The notes beneath the pieces are model-generated. The model worked only from the letters and a program-made list of their open reading frames with translations. It searched no databases and was not told the DNA's origin. DNA of 32,000 nt from Synechococcus elongatus PCC 6301 (lineage in GTDB: Bacteria > Cyanobacteriota > Cyanobacteriia > Synechococcales > Synechococcaceae). The first letter of the stretch is position 1. The number at the start of each line of letters is the position of its first letter. The DNA lies in NCBI RefSeq assembly GCF_000010065.1, contig NC_006576.1, positions 1,890,001-1,922,000 on the forward strand, written 5' to 3'. Made by a program: the position numbers and the translations under genes. This document shows, in pieces, positions 27,144 through 32,000 of the stretch.

Positions 27144-27175
27144 ACTGTCAGTGAATGAGCATTAACTCTCGGTGC

Positions 27176-27658
27176 TTAGAACAAGCCGAGGGTCAGCGAC
27201 TTATCGATCGGTAACGCTGCACCAATTCCGAGGTAGAGGGTAAAGACCGTACCAAACAGGAAGACAGCCGTTGCGATCGGGCGACGGAAAGGATTTTGGA
27301 ACTTGTTGACGCTTTCGATGAACGGAATTGCAATCAAGCCCAAAGGAATCATGGACTGCAGGACGATGCCCAGCAGCTTATTCGGGACGATCCGCAGGAT
27401 CTGGAAGACGGGGTAGAGGTACCACTCCGGCAGAATTTCCAGCGGGGTCGCGAAGGGATCAGCCGGTTCACCCACCAAAGCTGGATCCAGAACTGCCAAG
27501 CCGGTCAGGCAGGCGATCGTTCCCAGAATCACCACTGGGAACATGTAGAGCAAATCGTTGGGCCAAGCGGGCTCGCCATAGTAGTTATGGCCCATACCTT
27601 TGGCCAGCTTTTGGCGCAGAATCGGATCGCTAAGATCCGGCTTCTTCAAGATGGACAT
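27176..27658 (-). CDS. petD: Cytochrome b6-f complex subunit IV
   Basis: [47 protein letters not shown]... is the canonical PetD sequence pattern. The start at ATG 27658 gives 160 aa, and the upstream 28 codons of the track ORF are not PetD-like. Confidence 0.95.
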   Translation of the reverse strand: MSILKKPDLSDPILRQKLAKGMGHNYYGEPAWPNDLLYMFPVVILGTIACLTGLAVLDPALVGEPADPFATPLEILPEWYLYPVFQILRIVPNKLLGIVLQSMIPLGLIAIPFIESVNKFQNPFRRPIATAVFLFGTVFTLYLGIGAALPIDKSLTLGLF

Positions 27659-27754
27659 GATGCGTGCTCTCCTTGGGAAGGTCTCGTTCGAGTCAGTAGA
27701 GAGGAGAAAGGCGCTGACCGTTTTAACCAGCGCCAAACCCAAGCTTGTTTGCCC

Positions 27755-28402
27755 TTAGAGGGGACCAGAGATGCCTTGCTTCCGGATCATCAGGAAGTGA
27801 AGCAGCATAAACACTGCAATCAGCCAAGGCAAGACAAAGGTGTGGAGGCTGTAGAAGCGGGTCAGAGTTGCCTGACCGACGCTTTGGCCGCCCCGCAGTA
27901 GTTCAACCATGGCAGACCCAACCACCGGAATCGCTTCGGGAACACCCGAGACAATTTTGACGGCCCAGTAGCCGACTTGGTCCCAAGGCAGCGAGTAGCC
28001 GGTCACCCCGAAGGTCACGGTGATCACTGCCATGACGACGCCAGTGACCCAGGTCAATTCGCGAGGGCGTTTGAAACCACCAGTCAGATAAACACGGAAA
28101 ACGTGCAGAATCATCATCAGCACCATCATGCTGGCAGACCAGCGGTGGATGGAGCGGATCAGCCAACCGAAGTTGACTTGGTTCATGATGAATTGCACGG
28201 AGCTATATGCTTCAGCAACCGTCGGCTTGTAATAAAACGTCATTGCAAAGCCGGTGGCAAACTGAATGAGAAAACAAGTTAACGTAATCCCGCCCAGACA
28301 ATAGAAGATGTTGACGTGGGGAGGAACGTACTTGCTGGAAACGTCTTCAGCGATCGCTTGGATCTCTAGACGCTCCTCGAACCAGTCGTAGACCTTCGAC
28401 AT
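27755..28402 (-). CDS. petB: Cytochrome b6
   Basis: [47 protein letters not shown]... is the canonical PetB sequence at 215 aa. It forms the petB-petD tandem with a 96-nt spacer. Confidence 0.97.
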   Translation of the reverse strand: MSKVYDWFEERLEIQAIAEDVSSKYVPPHVNIFYCLGGITLTCFLIQFATGFAMTFYYKPTVAEAYSSVQFIMNQVNFGWLIRSIHRWSASMMVLMMILHVFRVYLTGGFKRPRELTWVTGVVMAVITVTFGVTGYSLPWDQVGYWAVKIVSGVPEAIPVVGSAMVELLRGGQSVGQATLTRFYSLHTFVLPWLIAVFMLLHFLMIRKQGISGPL

Positions 28403-28612
28403 GAATCCGCAAGTTCCTAGTGATGCTTACGAAAAAATGTAACACAGTCAGCTGAGCGGATCCGTGGCAAAACAGCGCGGCTCCGGCTAGGTTTGAGCTG
28501 TTGGAACAGCCTGCCAACAGCCGTCTGAACTCGGTTCTGCTAGGGTACGCCCCTCCAGCTCAGCAGAATGCTCTAATGCTTAACATCCTGAAAGGTTTGT
28601 AAATTTCTGTTA

Positions 28613-29836
28613 ATGATCCAGCCATTTCTGAAGCGATCGCTCCTTTGGCTCACGCTGTTGTTCTGGTTTGCGACAGCGACGCCGGCGTTGGCCCTGACGG
28701 AAGAGCAGAAACTGTTCAATGAGGCCTGGCGCATTGTCAACCAGTCCTACGTCGATCCCAGCTTTAACCACAGCAACTGGTTCCAGTTGCGCGAGAAGAT
28801 TCTGAAAAAGCCGCTGGACAATCGGGATCAGACCTACACCGCGATCGAAGGTTTGCTAGCCAAACTAGATGACCCATTTACGCGGTTGCTACGGCCAGAT
28901 CAATATCGCAACCTCCAAGTCTCGACGGCCGGTGAGCTATCGGGCGTCGGTTTGCAGATTGGCTTTGAGGCCGAAAGTGGCGATGTGGTGGTGATTGCCC
29001 CGATCGAAGGTTCGCCGGCAGCCCTGGCGGGTCTGCTGTCGGGCGATCGCATCCTGACGGTGGATGGGGTGGCGATTTCCGGTCGAGATCTGGATGAAGC
29101 GGCGGCTCGGATGCGCGGACCTCGCGGGACGACGGTGGCGCTCCAAGTCCTGCGCGATCAACAAACCTTGGATTTTGAACTAGTTCGCGATCGCATCAGT
29201 CTCAACCCCGTGCGATCGCAGCTGGATCGCGATGGCGATCATCCACCGATTGGCTACATTCGCCTCAGCCAATTTAATGCCAATGCCTCGGTAGAAGTGG
29301 CTCATGCGATCGCCCAACTCGATCAGCAGGGAGCCGAAGCCTTCGTCCTTGATTTGCGCAATAACTCAGGCGGACTGCTGACCGCTGGCATCGAGATTGC
29401 GCGGGAATGGCTGAACGAAGGCGCGATCGTCTACACCGTCAATCGTCAGGGGGTGCTGGATAGCTTTGCGGCAAATGGCCAAGCGCTGACGGATAAACCC
29501 TTGGCACTCCTCGTCAATCGCGGCACTGCTAGCGCCAGCGAAATTCTAGCCGGCGCACTACAAGACAATGAACGCGCCATTTTGGTGGGCGATCGCACCT
29601 TTGGCAAAGGTTTGATTCAGTCGCTGTTCGAACTGTCGGATGGGGCGGGTTTGGCGGTCACTGTCGCCGAATACGAAACGCCCAACCACAACGACATCAA
29701 TAAGCAGGGCATTCAGCCCGATCTCGCAGTTGAACAGTCTGAACCGCTGTTTGCGGAGGCGATTGCTTCCGCTGCCGTTCGCCAATATCAGGCAGCGGTA
29801 ACGGCGCTGACAGAGCAAGTGAGGCATCGTGCCTAG
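28613..29836 (+). CDS. Carboxyl-terminal processing protease (peptidase S41A, Ctp family)
   Basis: It has a signal peptide, a PDZ domain (GVGLQI..VIAPIEGSPAALAGLLSGDRILTVDG), a catalytic Ser context (NRGTASASEILAGALQD) and Lys in FGKGLIQ. I cannot tell which Ctp paralogue (A, B or C) it is. Confidence 0.9.
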   Translation: MIQPFLKRSLLWLTLLFWFATATPALALTEEQKLFNEAWRIVNQSYVDPSFNHSNWFQLREKILKKPLDNRDQTYTAIEGLLAKLDDPFTRLLRPDQYRNLQVSTAGELSGVGLQIGFEAESGDVVVIAPIEGSPAALAGLLSGDRILTVDGVAISGRDLDEAAARMRGPRGTTVALQVLRDQQTLDFELVRDRISLNPVRSQLDRDGDHPPIGYIRLSQFNANASVEVAHAIAQLDQQGAEAFVLDLRNNSGGLLTAGIEIAREWLNEGAIVYTVNRQGVLDSFAANGQALTDKPLALLVNRGTASASEILAGALQDNERAILVGDRTFGKGLIQSLFELSDGAGLAVTVAEYETPNHNDINKQGIQPDLAVEQSEPLFAEAIASAAVRQYQAAVTALTEQVRHRA

Positions 29837-31103
29837 TCGCCGCCAGCGCATCTACCACGATCCACTCCACGGGGCGATCGCCCTGCAATTTGAAGACCCG
29901 CTGGAAGCAACGCTGATCCGCTTGATCGATACGCCACCCTTTCAGCGGCTACGGCGGACCTGCCAGCTTGGTCCCGCCAGTTTGACCTTTCATGGAGCTG
30001 AAGCCTCTCGCTTCACCCATTCCCTCGGGGTGATGCAGGTTGCTCGCCGTGCCTTTGCCCCGATCGCAGCTGATTGGCCCGAATTGGCAGTGCATCGACC
30101 GGCGTTGCTCTGTGCGGCACTGCTACATGACTTAGGCCATACGGCCTTTAGCCACACCGGCGAGGAGATTTTCCACTGCCAACATGAGCAGTGGACAGCC
30201 CGGCTAATCACTGAGGACTCTCCGATTCGGCGGGTGCTAGCCGATTACGATCCGGCGCTGCCGGAGCAAGTTCTTGCGGTCTATCGCAAGCAATATCAGC
30301 CCTTGCTGATCAGCCGCCTGATCACCAGCCAGCTCGATTGCGATCGCTTGGACTATCTGCTGCGCGATAGCTATTTCACGGGGGCAAGTTACGGGCGTCT
30401 GGATCTCGATCGCATTTTGTCAGCACTGCGCTTCGACTCTGAGAGCGGCGAGTTAGCTGTGGCGGAGAAGGGATTGGCGGCGATCGAGCACTACTTGGTG
30501 GTGCGATCGTTCATGTATAGCCAGGTCTACAACCATCCCAAAAACATTGTGGCTGGCTGGATGTTAGTGCGAATTTTTGAGCGGGCCCGTCAGCTCTGGC
30601 AGGAACAACCGCGATCGCTGTTTGTGGATCCGCTGCTCCAGCCTTGGTTTGAGCAACCCGTCACGGATCTGAGCTTGGAGGAATACCTAGCGGTCGACGA
30701 CATTGTCTGCCTCTACCATCTGCAGCGTTGGCAGGACAGTGCTGATCCCCTCTTGGCCGATCTCTGCCGCCGCTACCGCGATCGCGATCTGCTTAAAGCC
30801 CTCAATCTCCGTAACCTCCCTGCTGAGCAGCAGCAGACCTTACTAGAGCACAGTCAACAATTGATTCGTAACCAAGGACAGGATCCGACTGGCTATACCG
30901 GCCTTTGCCAGACCCAAAGTCGTGGCTACACCCTCTACCAAAGTGGGATTCGCCTCGCCACCGATCAAGGATTATTGGAAATTAGTCAGCGATCGCCCCT
31001 GATTCGTGCCCTGTTGGAGCCACCTAGCCAAGCTTGGTTGATCTATCCGCGAGTGATCGAACAGCCCCTCAAGCAGCAATGGCAGCTCGTCCGAGGCAGC
31101 TAA
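29829..31103 (+). CDS. HD-domain phosphohydrolase, SAMHD1/EF1143-like (putative dNTP triphosphohydrolase)
   Basis: Motifs present are IYHDPLHGAI, PFQRLRR..QLG, RFTHSLGV, AALLHDLGHTAFSH and SQLDCDRLDYLLRDSYFTG. The GTG start at 29829 overlaps the ctp stop by 8 nt. Confidence 0.8.
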   Translation: MPSRRQRIYHDPLHGAIALQFEDPLEATLIRLIDTPPFQRLRRTCQLGPASLTFHGAEASRFTHSLGVMQVARRAFAPIAADWPELAVHRPALLCAALLHDLGHTAFSHTGEEIFHCQHEQWTARLITEDSPIRRVLADYDPALPEQVLAVYRKQYQPLLISRLITSQLDCDRLDYLLRDSYFTGASYGRLDLDRILSALRFDSESGELAVAEKGLAAIEHYLVVRSFMYSQVYNHPKNIVAGWMLVRIFERARQLWQEQPRSLFVDPLLQPWFEQPVTDLSLEEYLAVDDIVCLYHLQRWQDSADPLLADLCRRYRDRDLLKALNLRNLPAEQQQTLLEHSQQLIRNQGQDPTGYTGLCQTQSRGYTLYQSGIRLATDQGLLEISQRSPLIRALLEPPSQAWLIYPRVIEQPLKQQWQLVRGS

Positions 31104-32000
31104 GCCCTTTGGAGTTGGATCCAGTCAGGATGTGCGTGAAGCGTTTGATAATCCGGATCCTCAGCAGCTAGAGAACGATAGGTGTCTGGATCTAGCGCGA
31201 TCGCCTGTTGGAGATCCGCGATCGCTGCGACCGGTTGATCGAGTCGGGCGTGGAGGGCGGCGCGATTGTACCAAGCCTCGGCCAAGTCTGGATTGCCTGC
31301 GATCGCCTGATCAAAAGCAGCCAATGCTGCGGTCCAGTCCTGGAGGTAAGCCCAAACGAGTCCTTGGTAGTAGGCCACCTCTGCGGCAGCTTCGCCTGTT
31401 AATTGCGGCAGAATTGCGGCGTAGCTGGCCAGCGCCTCTTCGTAGCGTTCGAGCTGCGCCAGCGTATGACCCCGTTGGATTGACAGCAGGAGGGGGCGAT
31501 CGCCCAGAAGTTCTGCGTTTTCGTAGGAGGTCAGTGCAGCTGCATACTGCCCGAGGTTGTAGAGGGCATGACCGCGCCAAGTCCAAGCCGTCGCCTGCTG
31601 CGGTTGGAGGGCGATCGCTTGATCCAAACAGCGCAAGGCCTGATCGGGTTGATCGACACTCAGGTAAATCTGCCCTAGCTGCCGCCAAGCACTGCTCTGA
31701 TCAGGGTCGATCGCCACAGACTGTTCGTAGTGACGTACTGCCTCCCGGTAGCGCCCCTGTTGCCACAGAGCAAAGCCACAGTTGGCCCACGCTTGGGCAT
31801 AGTGGGCGGCAAGGGCGATCGCTTGCTGATAACTGGCGATCGCATCCTCTAGTCGGCCCAGCTTACGCAGGACAATGCCACGGTTGTTCCAGACTTCGGG
31901 TTGCTGGCGATCGATGGCGAGGGCTTGTTCGTAGGACTCGACTGCTTCCGGTAGCCGCCCCAAATGCTCTAGGACGATCGCCCGATTATTGAGGGCTTCC
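31100..32000 (-). CDS. TPR-repeat protein, C-terminal part (the reading frame continues beyond the right edge)
   Basis: It has tandem 34-aa TPR units (..AWNNRGIVLRKLGRLEDAIASYQQAIAL.., ..AWYNRAALHARLDQPVAAIADLQQAIALDP). The frame stays open upstream of the track start (..EALNNRAIVLEHLGRLPEAV..), so the N-terminus is outside the window. Confidence 0.8.
   Translation of the reverse strand, partial: EALNNRAIVLEHLGRLPEAVESYEQALAIDRQQPEVWNNRGIVLRKLGRLEDAIASYQQAIALAAHYAQAWANCGFALWQQGRYREAVRHYEQSVAIDPDQSSAWRQLGQIYLSVDQPDQALRCLDQAIALQPQQATAWTWRGHALYNLGQYAAALTSYENAELLGDRPLLLSIQRGHTLAQLERYEEALASYAAILPQLTGEAAAEVAYYQGLVWAYLQDWTAALAAFDQAIAGNPDLAEAWYNRAALHARLDQPVAAIADLQQAIALDPDTYRSLAAEDPDYQTLHAHPDWIQLQRA

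Larger units (their letters stand above)
1..32000. repeat. Dispersed HIP1 (highly iterated palindrome) octamers GCGATCGC throughout coding and non-coding DNA
   Basis: Direct reading found 11 perfect GCGATCGC copies in bases 1-4000 (at about 59, 195, 1766, 2637, 2756, 3168, 3494, 3534, 3785, 3859, 3950). Density looks similar by eye across the rest of the window. HIP1 is an established hallmark of many cyanobacterial genomes. Confidence 0.9.

Noticed and set aside
29829-31103. The HD dNTPase-like gene as part of an anti-phage defence system.
   Set aside because: It has no partner genes, mobile-element context or compositional shift. It is embedded in and translationally coupled to core genes, so I kept it only as a low-interest note.
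1-32000. Frequent GCGATCGC palindromes as a CRISPR array, REP element cluster or mobile-element footprint.
   Set aside because: The copies are isolated 8-mers scattered through genes, with no regular spacing or spacer architecture. This is the known HIP1 genome-wide feature of cyanobacteria.

Overview
This window looks like ordinary core chromosome from a cyanobacterium. It is moderately GC-rich and peppered with the HIP1 octamer GCGATCGC; I counted 11 perfect copies in the first 4 kb. From memory, the gene content and order resemble Synechococcus elongatus (PCC 7942/6301 type): fbp-zwf-opcA convergent on petB-petD, psaI-psaL, lrtA/hpf, lipB, queA, der. That assignment is inference and needs a BLAST check. 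About 35 tightly packed protein genes cover photosynthesis (psaI, psaL, petB, petD, a D1-type C-terminal protease), the oxidative pentose phosphate and Calvin cycles (fbp, zwf, opcA), translation and tRNA modification (hpf, ycf65/PSRP-3, der, queA, tsaC), the cell envelope (two amidases, a TonB-like protein, a PilT ATPase) and several conserved hypotheticals. I found no rRNA, tRNA, CRISPR array, transposase, integrase, phage gene or recognisable defence gene. The most notable observation is that psaL is split by an apparent 1-nt frameshift near 16176-16181. Lesser items are two unusually long, structured non-coding gaps (13687-14139 and 16622-16893), a membrane-anchored coiled-coil/HEAT protein next to psaI, a Crp-family regulator with an NtcA-like recognition helix, and several orphan enzyme homologues (LarC, an HldE-kinase-like protein, a bicupin, an HD dNTPase-like protein). 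I did not find convincing evidence for a novel multi-gene system, so the interest scores are modest.
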